A stretch of 64,000 nt of DNA from Acidimicrobiales bacterium (GCA_041918615.1 JAYRVH010000046.1:7990-71989), one strand, 5' to 3'. Numbered from the stretch's first letter, positions 16,999 through 25,408 are shown. Numbers and translations: made by a program. The notes: a model not told the origin generated them from the sequence alone.

Positions 16999-19829
16999 CG
17001 TTCGCTCCAGTTGAGGATCACGGGGCCGGTGACCCCTTCGAAGCCGTCGACGGCGATCCGGTAGGTGGTCCCGGCGGTCGCGTCGAAGGTGATCGTGCTG
17101 GTGAGGAAGCCGCCGAAGTCGAAGCACCCGTCGTCGGAGTCGGCGACGGGGGTCAGGGCGTTGACCGCCACGCCGGTGTAGGCGGCGAGCACCGTGTCGA
17201 GCCCGGGGTAGCTGGCACACAGGTCGAAGTGGACGCTGCCGGTCGAGGGGGCGGTCCAGCGGTACCAGATAGAGTGCACGGCGGTGTTGCCCGCATGGGC
17301 GGGCTCACCGGCCTCCGCCGTTGCGTACAGGTTGGTTGCCTCGACCGTGCCCTCTGCGCCGGCGAGCTCCTGCGCCGCGGCGAACAAGTCGTTTGCCGGT
17401 GGGGGCGGCGTGTCGGTGAAGGTGCAGGTGACGTGCTCACCCGCGACGAGCGTGATGGTGGCCCGCCGTTGGGCGAGGTCGATCGACTCGCCGGTGTCGC
17501 AGACGAGGGTGCTCAGGACGAGCGGGGGCGTGGTGCCGGGCGGGAGTTCGTTCTGCGTGAGCGTGTAGGTGCCGGGGGCCAGCCCGGCCCCGGTCACCTC
17601 CGCCGGCAGGGTCGGATCGGCGTCGTCGTCAAGCGAGAACGAGCTGCACCCGGCACCGCCGGGCCCGACGCGACACCCGCTGAAGGCGAAGTCCTGCGGG
17701 CCGGTCGGCACGGTGTCCTGCACGATCGTGATCGACGGCGAGGCGTTGGTGAACGTGCAGCGCACCTGTTCGCCGGCGGTGAGGACGATGGTCGCCCGAC
17801 GGTTCACCAGATCCACGGTCTCCCCCGTGTCGCACGACAGCGTGGACAGGTCCCATCCGGGCACCGCGGCCTGGGTGATCGTGTAGGTGCCCGGCGCCAG
17901 GCCGGTGCCGAAGGCCCGAGCGGGACGCGCCCCGTCGTCGTCGTCATCGAGGGTGAACTGCCCGCAGGCGCTGCCCAGGCAGCCGGTGAAGGCGAAGTCC
18001 TGCGGGGCGTTCGGCACGGCGTCCTCCACGATCGTGATCGACGCGGTCGAGTTCGTGAACGTGCAGATCACGTGCTCGCCCGCGGCCAGGTCGATCGTCA
18101 CCCGGCGGTTGGCCCGGTCCACCGTCTCACCGGTGTTGCAGGACAGCGCCGACAGGTCCCACCCCGCGACGGCGGACTGCGTGACCGTGTAGCTGCCCAC
18201 CGGCAGCCCGCCCGCCACGTGCGTGCTCTTGAGGGCGGCGTCGGTGTCGTCGTCGTCGTCGAGCAGGAACGACCCGCACCCGCTGCCGCCCGGGCCGGTG
18301 CGGCAGCCGGTGAACGAGAAGTCACGCCCGTCGCTGGGCGCGCCGTCCACCACGATCGTGATCGCGGGACGGCCGGTGAGGAAGCCGGTGTTGAGCAGGC
18401 GGTTGGGGCTCCCGGTGCCCGGGTTGCCGACGTGGGCGGTGACCGCCCCCGTGGTGATGGCCGTGGCCACTGCGGCAGGTGACGACCACGGGGCCTCCTC
18501 GAGGTACCGGGCGGCGACGCCCGCCACGTGGGGCGACGCCATCGAGGTGCCGCTCTGCGCCCCCGAGTCGGTGTCGCTGCCGATGAGCGCGGAGGTGATG
18601 CCCACCCCCGGCGCGAACAGGTCGTCGCACGACCCGTAGTTCGAGAACCCGGCCCGCCCGTCGGTGGTGTTGGTCGCCCCCACGGTGATCGCGGACGGCA
18701 CCCGGCCCGGCGAGATGTTGCACGTGTCGAGGCCGCCCCGCACCGAGTTGCCGTTTCCGGCGGCGACGGCGTAGGTGACACCCGATGCCACCGACGCGGT
18801 CACCGCGGCGTCCAGGGCCGGCAGCACGGCCACCTCGCCGAACACGCCCATGTTGGGCCCGAGGCTCATGTTCGCGACCGCCGGGAGCACGGCGTGGGCC
18901 GTCACCCACTCGATGCCGGCGATCACCCGAGACTCATCACCGCCCCCTCCACAGTTGAGCACCCGCACCGCCACCAGCGACACCTCCTTGGCCACCCCGT
19001 AGGTGGCGCCGCCGAGGGTTCCCGCCACGTGCGTGCCGTGGCCGTAACAGTCCTGCCCGTTCCCGCCGGTGGCGTCGAAGCCGACTGACGCCCGACCGCC
19101 GAACTCCTGGTGGGTGGTGCGGATGCCGGTGTCGATCACGTAGGCGTGCACACCCTGGCCGGTGGCGTCGTAGTGGTAGCTGCCGTCGAGAGGAAGGTCG
19201 GCCTGGTCGATCCGGTCGAGCCCCCAGGTCGCGCCGGCCTGAGTCTCGGTGACCGTCATGGCGGCGTCCTCCTCGACCCGAGCCACCCGCGGGTCGCGGG
19301 CCAGCGTCCGCGCCTCGTCCTCGGTCATGGATGCGGCGAAGCCCTGGAGGGCACGGCGGTAGGTGAACGACACGTCGGCGTCGTGGGCGGCGGCCAGCGA
19401 TGTCGCCGTCGAGCGCACCTGCGACGCGGGCACGTCGGCCAGGGTGACGATGTACTGGCCCGGCACGGGTACGGCCGCCTGGACGATGCCATCGGTCGGT
19501 GGTGGCGGCACCGTCGTCGCTGAGGCCGAGGCCGATGCCGAGGACGATGCCGACGGCGTGGGGGCGGACGGCGGCACCGGGGCGGGCTCGGGCGAAGGGG
19601 CGGACGACGAAGAGGCGGACGGCGAAGGGGCGGGCGCCGCCGCAGCCGGTACGGCCGTTCCCGCAGCCAGGAGCACCCCGACGATCATGGCCAGAAGCCC
19701 TCGGGCGGGTGGGCGTTGGTTCGATGGCCGACCGTGGTTCAGGTTCACAGGGCCGTCATCTTCGACCGTCGCGGTTGCGCGCGGCTTACACCCGGCTATC
19801 AGCCCTGTCAGCGGCTCGGCGTCCGCCAC
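16995..19829 (-). CDS. Secreted subtilisin-like serine protease (S8), paralog A: propeptide + S8 + 3 repeat modules + 1 PPC-like domain
   Basis: [27 protein letters not shown], and an I9-like propeptide ([13 protein letters not shown]...[14 protein letters not shown]). Start uncertain: GTG 19829, or GTG 19748 ([30 protein letters not shown]), which gives a cleaner signal peptide. Confidence 0.9.
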   Translation of the reverse strand: MADAEPLTGLIAGCKPRATATVEDDGPVNLNHGRPSNQRPPARGLLAMIVGVLLAAGTAVPAAAAPAPSPSASSSSAPSPEPAPVPPSAPTPSASSSASASASATTVPPPPTDGIVQAAVPVPGQYIVTLADVPASQVRSTATSLAAAHDADVSFTYRRALQGFAASMTEDEARTLARDPRVARVEEDAAMTVTETQAGATWGLDRIDQADLPLDGSYHYDATGQGVHAYVIDTGIRTTHQEFGGRASVGFDATGGNGQDCYGHGTHVAGTLGGATYGVAKEVSLVAVRVLNCGGGGDESRVIAGIEWVTAHAVLPAVANMSLGPNMGVFGEVAVLPALDAAVTASVASGVTYAVAAGNGNSVRGGLDTCNISPGRVPSAITVGATNTTDGRAGFSNYGSCDDLFAPGVGITSALIGSDTDSGAQSGTSMASPHVAGVAARYLEEAPWSSPAAVATAITTGAVTAHVGNPGTGSPNRLLNTGFLTGRPAITIVVDGAPSDGRDFSFTGCRTGPGGSGCGSFLLDDDDDTDAALKSTHVAGGLPVGSYTVTQSAVAGWDLSALSCNTGETVDRANRRVTIDLAAGEHVICTFTNSTASITIVEDAVPNAPQDFAFTGCLGSACGQFTLDDDDDGARPARAFGTGLAPGTYTITQAAVPGWDLSTLSCDTGETVDLVNRRATIVLTAGEQVRCTFTNASPSITIVQDTVPTGPQDFAFSGCRVGPGGAGCSSFSLDDDADPTLPAEVTGAGLAPGTYTLTQNELPPGTTPPLVLSTLVCDTGESIDLAQRRATITLVAGEHVTCTFTDTPPPPANDLFAAAQELAGAEGTVEATNLYATAEAGEPAHAGNTAVHSIWYRWTAPSTGSVHFDLCASYPGLDTVLAAYTGVAVNALTPVADSDDGCFDFGGFLTSTITFDATAGTTYRIAVDGFEGVTGPVILNWSER
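17412..18362 (-). repeat. Three tandem modules of about 315 nt inside protease A (same module family as in protease B)
   Basis: DFSFTGC / DFAFTGC / DFAFSGC ... TCTFTN / CTFTN / TCTFTD. Confidence 0.9.
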
Positions 19830-19874
19830 GCCGGATCAGACGCTTGGGTCGAGCGCCCCGCGCTGCCGCCGCCG

Positions 19875-21986
19875 TCAGGGGCGACGGCCGAGCCGAGCCC
19901 GGACACGGGCCCGACGCGTGCTCGACAACTGGTCGAGAAGGACCCGCCGCTCGACCTCGTTCACGAACCGGTACGTGCCCGGTGCGTCCGGGAACTCGTC
20001 CACGAACCGGGACATCATGGCGTCCTCCAGGCCGGCGAGCACCGCATCCTCGTCGCCGTCGCCGACCGCCGTCGCCAGGTGGGCCAGGTCGAAGCCCGAA
20101 CCGATCACCGATGCGGTCGACAGCAGCCGCACCAGCTCGGGGGACACGGCCCTCAACCGCTCTGCGAGTGCCGCCCGAATGGTCTCCGGAACGCCCAGCG
20201 CGTCCACGGCGGAGGACCGACCGGCGACGACGTCCGCCGTCGCCTCAGGGGACGGCGGGCCGGCTCTGCGCACCTGCTGGGCGTACGCGACCAGGTAGCG
20301 GGCGTTGCCGCCGGCGTCCCGCACAACGGCGTCCACCAACGGCACCGCGGCCGAGCGGCCGGGCCGCTCGGGTCCCACACGGTCCACGAACAACTCCCTC
20401 GCCTCGTCGTCGCCCAGGGCCTCGAGGGTCATCCACTCACTGACATCGAGCCGGTCGAGGTTGCGGACCAACTCGGCCATCCCCTGCGGCGCCTCGACGC
20501 CGCGCTGGATCAGGACGAGCGCCAGCACGGTCGACGGCTCACGAAGCGGCAGCGGCTTGTCGCTCAGCTGCCGGAAGAGGCTGATCATCTGCGCGTCTGC
20601 CCACTGGGCGTCGTCGAGGACGACCAGGGTGGGCCAGTCGGCGGACTCGCTCACGAGGTGCTTCGTCACCTCGAGGCCGAACTCGTACACGGCGGGTGAC
20701 CCCGGTCTGAGATCGCCCTCGGGCCTGGCCAGACCCGTCGCCGCCGTGGCAGGCACCAGGGCCGACAGCCCGCCGTCGGGCGCGCACCTGCCGGCGAATA
20801 CGTGAGCGCCCCGCCCGGCGAGGACACTCACGATCTCGGCGGCCAGGCGGGTCTTGCCGACGCCGGCGTCACCATCGATGAACACCACGCCGCCGTTGTG
20901 AGCGGCGCAGAGCCGCTCCCAGTGACGGAGGATGCGCTCGCGCTCGTCCCGGCGCCCGACCAGCGGTGTCTCCACCTCTCGATCGACCCACTCGAGCGAT
21001 CCGCCGAGCCGCTCGCCGGCAGGCGTCGATGCGCGATCGTCTCCCCGTCCCCCGCTCCCGGCGGCGCCGCCGCCGGGCCGCTCAGGCCCCCGCCCCCCGC
21101 TCCCGGCGGCGCCGCCGCCGGGCCGCTCAGGCCCCCGCCCCCCGCTCCTGCCGCCGCCGCCGGGCCGCTCAGGCCCCCGCCCCCCGCTCCCGGCGGCGGG
21201 GAGGTCGAGCGCGGGATCGTGCCCGAGGATCGCCACCTCCATCCGAAGGAGCTCGGGGCCGGGCTCCAGCCCGAGCTGGTCCCCGAGGACGGTCCGGGCC
21301 CGCTGGAACGCCCGCAGCGCCTCGCTCTGGCGACCCGACCGGTAGAGGGCGAGCATCAACTGGGCCCACCGCCGCTCGCGGAGGGGCGCCTCGCTCAACC
21401 CCGCCTCGAGGCGTCCGATGACCGCGTCGTGGTCACCGAGCGCCATGGTGGCCTCGTGCCAGTCGTCGATGGCGATCTGGCGGAGCTCGCCGAGCCGGGC
21501 GGACTCGGCCTCCCTGACGGACGAGTCGGAGAGCTCGGGCAGGGGCCCGCCGCGCCACAGGCCGAGGGCCTCGACCAGCAGGACGTCGGCCGCCGCCGGC
21601 GACCCGTCCGCCAGCAATTGACGACCTTCGCCGATCAGTCGCTCGAACCGGACGGCGTCGACCCGGTCCGGCTCGAGCGCGAGCTCGTAGCCGTCGGGCA
21701 CGGTGCGGACCAGCGTGCGGCCCTGGTCACCGGCAGTCGCCCCGAGCCGGCGGCGGAGGCGCGAGACGGTGACGCTCAGGTTCTGGCGCCACCCCGGAGC
21801 CAGGTCCTCCCCCCACACGTCGGCGGCGATCGCCTCCCGGGCCACGGGCCGACCCACCCGCACCGCCAACGCCGCGACGACCGCCCGCTCGACGCGGGAG
21901 GGGAGGGCCACGGCGGTGTCGTCGAAGGCAATCTCGAGCGGCCCCAGCACCGCCACGCCGATCCCGGATCCTTCTCCGGCGGGCAC
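19875..21986 (-). CDS. SARP-type regulator: OmpR/PhoB-like winged helix + BTAD + P-loop AAA/STAND-like ATPase, with no TPR region seen
   Basis: VLGPLEIAFDD...RVERAVVAALAV...; BTAD region (ALGLWRGGPLPEL...RRWAQLMLALYRSGRQSEALRAFQRAR); Walker A GDAGVGKT; Walker B LVVLDDAQWAD. Start GTG 21986 is chosen because TACAAT lies 6 nt upstream. Confidence 0.85.
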   Translation of the reverse strand: MPAGEGSGIGVAVLGPLEIAFDDTAVALPSRVERAVVAALAVRVGRPVAREAIAADVWGEDLAPGWRQNLSVTVSRLRRRLGATAGDQGRTLVRTVPDGYELALEPDRVDAVRFERLIGEGRQLLADGSPAAADVLLVEALGLWRGGPLPELSDSSVREAESARLGELRQIAIDDWHEATMALGDHDAVIGRLEAGLSEAPLRERRWAQLMLALYRSGRQSEALRAFQRARTVLGDQLGLEPGPELLRMEVAILGHDPALDLPAAGSGGRGPERPGGGGRSGGRGPERPGGGAAGSGGRGPERPGGGAAGSGGRGDDRASTPAGERLGGSLEWVDREVETPLVGRRDERERILRHWERLCAAHNGGVVFIDGDAGVGKTRLAAEIVSVLAGRGAHVFAGRCAPDGGLSALVPATAATGLARPEGDLRPGSPAVYEFGLEVTKHLVSESADWPTLVVLDDAQWADAQMISLFRQLSDKPLPLREPSTVLALVLIQRGVEAPQGMAELVRNLDRLDVSEWMTLEALGDDEARELFVDRVGPERPGRSAAVPLVDAVVRDAGGNARYLVAYAQQVRRAGPPSPEATADVVAGRSSAVDALGVPETIRAALAERLRAVSPELVRLLSTASVIGSGFDLAHLATAVGDGDEDAVLAGLEDAMMSRFVDEFPDAPGTYRFVNEVERRVLLDQLSSTRRARVRARLGRRP
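21052..21200 (-). repeat. Tandem 45-nt repeat (45, 45, 42 nt plus a partial unit) encoding the Gly/Pro/Arg linker between the BTAD and ATPase domains
   Basis: Units 21052-21096 and 21097-21141 are identical; 21142-21183 lacks 3 nt. The peptide is GGRGPERPGGGAAGS, three copies. Confidence 0.92.
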
Positions 21987-21992
21987 GCTGGG

Positions 21993-21998
21993 ATTGTA
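21993..21998 (-). promoter_or_regulatory. -10 box TACAAT, 6 nt upstream of the SARP GTG start (leaderless layout)
   Basis: Minus strand reads ccc-TACAAT-cccagc-GTG. Confidence 0.45.
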
Positions 21999-22108
21999 GG
22001 GCGGTCGAGGTGCCGGGTCGCCCGCGTTCACCGTGCGTGGGTCGGCGCCCCGGGCACGGTTCAGCCTTGAGCCGTCGGGCGCGAGAGCACGGGGGCGACT
22101 CCCTCGGA

Positions 22109-22537
22109 TCAGCCCTCGAGCCACCGGCGGACGGCGGCGAGCACGCCCCCGCCGCCGACGTCCACGTACCCCATGCCTGCGGCACGCGCCGCGGCGGCGT
22201 CCGTGGGCTCGTTGCCGACGTAGAGCACCCGCGCCGCATCGGTCAGACCGAGACGGTCGAGGGCCAGCATCAGCGGACGCGGGTCGGGCTTCCACGCGCC
22301 GGCGTCGACGGAGGTGACGAGCACCTCGAGGAGATCGTCGAGACCGGTCGGCGCCAGCAGGGCACGCACGTCGGCCTCGGTCATCACCCCCGTGTTGGTG
22401 ACCGCCCCGACCCGAACCCCGGCGGCGAGGGTGCGAAGGTCATCGAGGGCGCCCGACAGCAGGGTGACGCGCAGCTCGGATGTCGGGGTGCCCGGCGGCG
22501 CCTCCGCCACCAGCGTGCCCCCGATGTCGAGGAGCAC
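22109..22537 (-). CDS. HAD-superfamily hydrolase-like protein (short; motif I lies at the extreme N-terminus)
   Basis: V/MLLDIGGTLV (motif I with Gly in place of the second Asp), VTNT (motif II-like), KPDPRP and VGNEPTD (motifs III/IV). Only a GTG start is available, and an in-frame stop lies 9 codons upstream. Confidence 0.65.
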   Translation of the reverse strand: MLLDIGGTLVAEAPPGTPTSELRVTLLSGALDDLRTLAAGVRVGAVTNTGVMTEADVRALLAPTGLDDLLEVLVTSVDAGAWKPDPRPLMLALDRLGLTDAARVLYVGNEPTDAAAARAAGMGYVDVGGGGVLAAVRRWLEG

Positions 22538-22560
22538 GGCGTCGAGCGCACCCGAGGGCG

Positions 22561-22755
22561 CTCATGGAGAGGCTGGGCCATTCGTCGGTGACGGTCAGTC
22601 TCGACCGCTACGGGCACCTTCTGCCGGGGCTCGATGAGGCGCTGACCGAGGGCCTCGAGGCGACGTTCCGTGATTCTCGTGCGACCTCAGTGCAGCCTCA
22701 GCGTGTTTCGGAGGTGGTCTCACTGCCGCAGGTCAGGGCCGAAAACATGCTCTGA
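22561..22755 (+). pseudogene. 3'-terminal fragment (about 64 codons) of a tyrosine recombinase / phage-type integrase
   Basis: LMERLGHSSVTVSLDRYGHLLPG is the C-terminal integrase box containing the catalytic Tyr. The roughly 300 N-terminal residues are missing. The head of ORF 22480..22755 is simply antisense to the HAD gene. Confidence 0.75.
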
Positions 22756-22762
22756 CCTGCGG
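22726..22762. terminator. 11-bp perfect inverted repeat between the integrase relic and the tRNA 3' end
   Basis: CCGCAGGTCAG-15 nt-CTGACCTGCGG. It spans the integrase-fragment stop and ends 8 nt before the tRNA CCA end. No U-tract. Confidence 0.35.
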
Positions 22763-22769
22763 AAACGTG

Positions 22770-22847
22770 TGGTCGGGCTGCCGGGATTTGAACCCGGGAC
22801 CTTCGGTCCCCCAGACCGACGCGCTAACCAAGCTGCGCCACAGCCCG
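22770..22847 (-). tRNA. tRNA-Pro (anticodon GGG), CCA encoded
   Basis: Reverse complement is CGGGCTG-TG-GCGC-AGCTTGGTTA-GCGC-G-TCGGT-CTGGGGG-ACCGA-AGGTC-CCGGG-TTCAAAT-CCCGG-CAGCCCG-ACCA. All four stems pair perfectly by hand folding. Confidence 0.93.
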
Positions 22848-22874
22848 TCTGTGAAGGACCGACTCTATCGGGGC

Positions 22875-23276
22875 TTACCGCGGTGCCTCGACAGTGATCC
22901 CCAATTGGATTGCGGCCTCGGCCAACCGCCGGTCGTACGTCACCAACGCGTCGAGGTCATCTCCCAGGGACAACGCGGCGGCGAGATGGATCGCGTCGAG
23001 CGTACGGAGCGCGGCGTCACCCACCGTGGTCGACTCCGCGAGCAGCACGTCGTCTGCCTCGATGAGGTCGAACTCATCGACGACCCGGTGTGCTCGGGCG
23101 ATCGCTCGGGACCCGACTCGCCTCGCCGCCCGCGGCACTTCGGCTCGCACCAATGCCGAGGCATAACGCTCCCTCGAACGGCCGAGGAGTGCCCGCACCG
23201 CATCGGACTCGCGCTCGGGACGGACCAGCTTCACCAAGGCCGAGGAGTCGAAGCACAAGCTGAGCTCACCGTTCAT
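22875..23276 (-). CDS. vapC: PIN-domain toxin VapC
   Basis: MNGELSLCFDSSALV...VRAEV...LDAIHLAAA...TYDRRL carries the four conserved acidic PIN positions. Start at ATG 23276 overlaps vapB by 11 nt. Confidence 0.85.
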   Translation of the reverse strand: MNGELSLCFDSSALVKLVRPERESDAVRALLGRSRERYASALVRAEVPRAARRVGSRAIARAHRVVDEFDLIEADDVLLAESTTVGDAALRTLDAIHLAAALSLGDDLDALVTYDRRLAEAAIQLGITVEAPR

Positions 23277-23541
23277 CACTGCGCAGCTCCTCGAGCACGT
23301 CGCTGAGCAGGGGTTCACCCGGTTCCCCCGGTGGCGGCGGTCCGAGGCGAAGGGGGTCGCCCCCACCGACCCGGAGGCGGCCCTGGGCGATGAGACGCTC
23401 TCGGTTCGAACCAGTTGGCAGCGGTACGAGCAACGCGACCGGCCGTCCTCGATCGGTGATCTCGATGCGCTCACCCTGCTCGACGAGGCGAACGTAGTCA
23501 CTGGCCCGCTGTCGTAGCTCCCGGATACCGATCTGCTTCAT
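23266..23541 (-). CDS. vapB: Phd/YefM-type antitoxin (VapB)
   Basis: MKQIGIRELRQRASDYVRLVEQGERIEITDRGRPVALLVPL. Confidence 0.85.
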   Translation of the reverse strand: MKQIGIRELRQRASDYVRLVEQGERIEITDRGRPVALLVPLPTGSNRERLIAQGRLRVGGGDPLRLGPPPPGEPGEPLLSDVLEELRSDER

Positions 23542-23557
23542 GTGCTACTTGTAGCAC
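23542..23557 (-). promoter_or_regulatory. Perfect palindrome abutting the vapB start codon (candidate operator overlapping a -10-like TACAAG)
   Basis: GTGCTAC-TT-GTAGCAC. The minus strand reads ggg-GTGCTACAAGTAGCAC-ATG, with TACAAG 6 nt from the ATG. Confidence 0.5.
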
Positions 23558-23587
23558 CCCGAGATGCGGCTGACAACGGCACCCGAC

Positions 23588-23803
23588 TCAGAAGTGGTGG
23601 GCCAGCCAACCGACGCCTTGGACGAGGCGCCAGCCCAGGTAGAGCGCGAAGGTGATCAAGAGGAGCCAGAAGTGCCACGGCATCCTGGGGTCGTCGCGCT
23701 CGTCGCCCGTGTCGTAAAGCGTTCGACCGCACTTCGGGCAGGTTCCGCCGACCGACAGCGAGGTCGGCGTGTAGAACTTGTCGCAGTCGTCGCAGAAGGG
23801 CAT
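23588..23803 (-). CDS. Small zinc-ribbon membrane protein (71 aa)
   Basis: MPFCDDCDKFYTP...CPKCGRTLYD (CxxC...CxxC), then one TM span WHFWLLLITFALYLGWRLV. Lies 14 nt downstream of the carboxyltransferase gene. Confidence 0.6.
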   Translation of the reverse strand: MPFCDDCDKFYTPTSLSVGGTCPKCGRTLYDTGDERDDPRMPWHFWLLLITFALYLGWRLVQGVGWLAHHF

Positions 23804-23817
23804 GGGTGCTGAGCCTC

Positions 23818-25374
23818 TCAGACCGGCGGGACGCCGTGACGCCGGTCGCTGAAGTGACGGTTCTTGCCGCGGGCCCGGTGGAGGCGACGGACGATCTCGC
23901 TGCGCAGGTCGCCGAAATCGACCACCGCATCGACGACCAGCTCCGAGGCGAGCCGCATGATGTCCACGTCGGCCTCGTAGAGGTCGCGCTCACGGGCGAT
24001 GAAGGCCTCGCGCTCGTCGGGGTCGGTGATCTCGGCGATCTTGTTCGCATACACCGCGTTGACGGCCGCCTCCGGCCCCATCACCGCGATCTTGGCAGTG
24101 GGCAGGGCGATCGTCGCCTCGGGCTCGAAGGCCGGGCCCGACATGGCGTACAGCCCGGCCCCGTAGGACTTGCGCACGATCACCGACACCTTGGCGACCG
24201 TGGCCTCGGACACGGCGGTGACCATCTTGGCGCCGTGTCGGATTATGCCCTGGCGCTCGACGTCGCTGCCGACCATGAACCCTGGCACGTCGGACAGGAA
24301 GACGAGCGGGATGTTGAAGGCGTCGCAGCACCACACGAACCGGGCTGCCTTGTCGGCCGAGTCCACGAAGAGCACGCCGCCCTTCTGTTCCGGGTTGTTC
24401 GCCACCAGGCCCACAGGGCGGCCGTCGAGCCGGCCGAGCCCGCAGATGAGCTCGGGGGCGAAGAGCGCCTTCAGCTCGAAGAAGCTCTCGGCGTCGACGA
24501 GGGCGTCGATCACGTCGTGCATGTCGTAGGCCTGCCGCTCCTCGGCGGGCACCAGCTCCGCGGTCAGGTCCCGAACAGGTGGCACGGCCTGGTACTCGGG
24601 CGGCGGCTCACGCCAGCGCTCCGGGAAGTACGAGAACCAGGCCTTGGCCTGGTCGATGGCGTCGGCGTCGTCGGTGGCGAGGTTGTCGCCGCACCCGGAG
24701 ATGGTGGCGTGCATGCGGGCACCGCCCATCTCCTCGAGCGTGGTGTGCTCACCGATCACCATCTCGGCCATGCGGGGCGACCCCAGATACATGGAGGCGT
24801 TGCCCTCCACCATGATCACGATGTCGCAGAACGACGGGATGTACGCGCCCCCGGCGGCCGATGGCCCGAACAGACAGCAGATCTGGGGCACCCTGCCGGA
24901 CAGCTTGACCTGGTTGTAGAAGATCTTCCCGGCGCCGCGCCGACCGGGGAAGAGCTCGACCTGGTCGGTGATGCGTGCGCCGGCCGAGTCGATCAGCCAG
25001 AACACCGGCATCTCGTACTGCAGTGCCTGCTCGGTCGCCCGGACGATCTTCTCGACCGTCCGTGCCCCCCACGACCCGGCCTTCACGGTCGGGTCGTTGG
25101 CCACCACCACGACCGTGCGACCGTCGACGTCGCCCGTGCCGGTGACCACCCCGTCGGCGGGCAGGTCGGCGGCGAGCGTGTTGGCGAGCAACGCGTCCTC
25201 CACGAACGTGTCGGCATCGAGCAGCAGCGCGAGGCGGTCACGCACGAACAGCTTGTTCTGGCGGGCCAACTTGGGGCCGACGCGCTCCAGGTTGCCGGCG
25301 CGGGCACGTTCGGTGGCCTGGCGCAGGATCTCCCTGTGGCCGTCCGCGTCACGCGGCGTCGAGGGCTCGGTCAC
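23818..25374 (-). CDS. Acyl-CoA carboxylase carboxyltransferase (beta) subunit
   Basis: 518 aa with a two-domain carboxyl-transferase pattern: VVVANDPTVKAGSWG, FWLIDSAGARI, GPSAAGGAYIPSF, VFLSDVPGFMVG. Confidence 0.88.
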   Translation of the reverse strand: MTEPSTPRDADGHREILRQATERARAGNLERVGPKLARQNKLFVRDRLALLLDADTFVEDALLANTLAADLPADGVVTGTGDVDGRTVVVVANDPTVKAGSWGARTVEKIVRATEQALQYEMPVFWLIDSAGARITDQVELFPGRRGAGKIFYNQVKLSGRVPQICCLFGPSAAGGAYIPSFCDIVIMVEGNASMYLGSPRMAEMVIGEHTTLEEMGGARMHATISGCGDNLATDDADAIDQAKAWFSYFPERWREPPPEYQAVPPVRDLTAELVPAEERQAYDMHDVIDALVDAESFFELKALFAPELICGLGRLDGRPVGLVANNPEQKGGVLFVDSADKAARFVWCCDAFNIPLVFLSDVPGFMVGSDVERQGIIRHGAKMVTAVSEATVAKVSVIVRKSYGAGLYAMSGPAFEPEATIALPTAKIAVMGPEAAVNAVYANKIAEITDPDEREAFIARERDLYEADVDIMRLASELVVDAVVDFGDLRSEIVRRLHRARGKNRHFSDRRHGVPPV

Positions 25375-25408
25375 GGACCCGATAGTGACCCTTGCGCTGC
25401 GACGGCCG

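Noticed and set aside
13540-18482. Very long plus-strand ORFs (13540..16260, 906 aa; 16989..18482, 497 aa) opposite the protease genes.
   Set aside because: These are typical high-GC antisense open frames. Their translations are Arg/Gly/Val-rich with no recognisable motifs, whereas the minus strand encodes complete S8 proteases.
19783-19811. Candidate sigma-70-type promoter CTGACA-17 nt-TAAGCC upstream of protease A (it would favour the GTG 19748 start).
   Set aside because: The -10 element lacks the conserved final T and there is no supporting SD sequence. It is too weak to list as a feature, and the start of protease A is left ambiguous.
22109-22537. Reading the HAD-like gene as an inactivated pseudogene because motif I is DIGGT rather than DxDxT.
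   Set aside because: HAD members with Gly at the third position of motif I exist (DLGNV / DxGG types). The remaining motifs and codon usage look intact. It is kept as a CDS with reduced confidence.
22480-22560. Head of ORF 22480..22755, which would give the integrase-like peptide its own 91-aa ORF.
   Set aside because: This part is simply antisense to the HAD-like gene and Pro/Arg/Cys-rich. Integrase similarity begins only around 22561, so the whole is treated as a pseudogene fragment.
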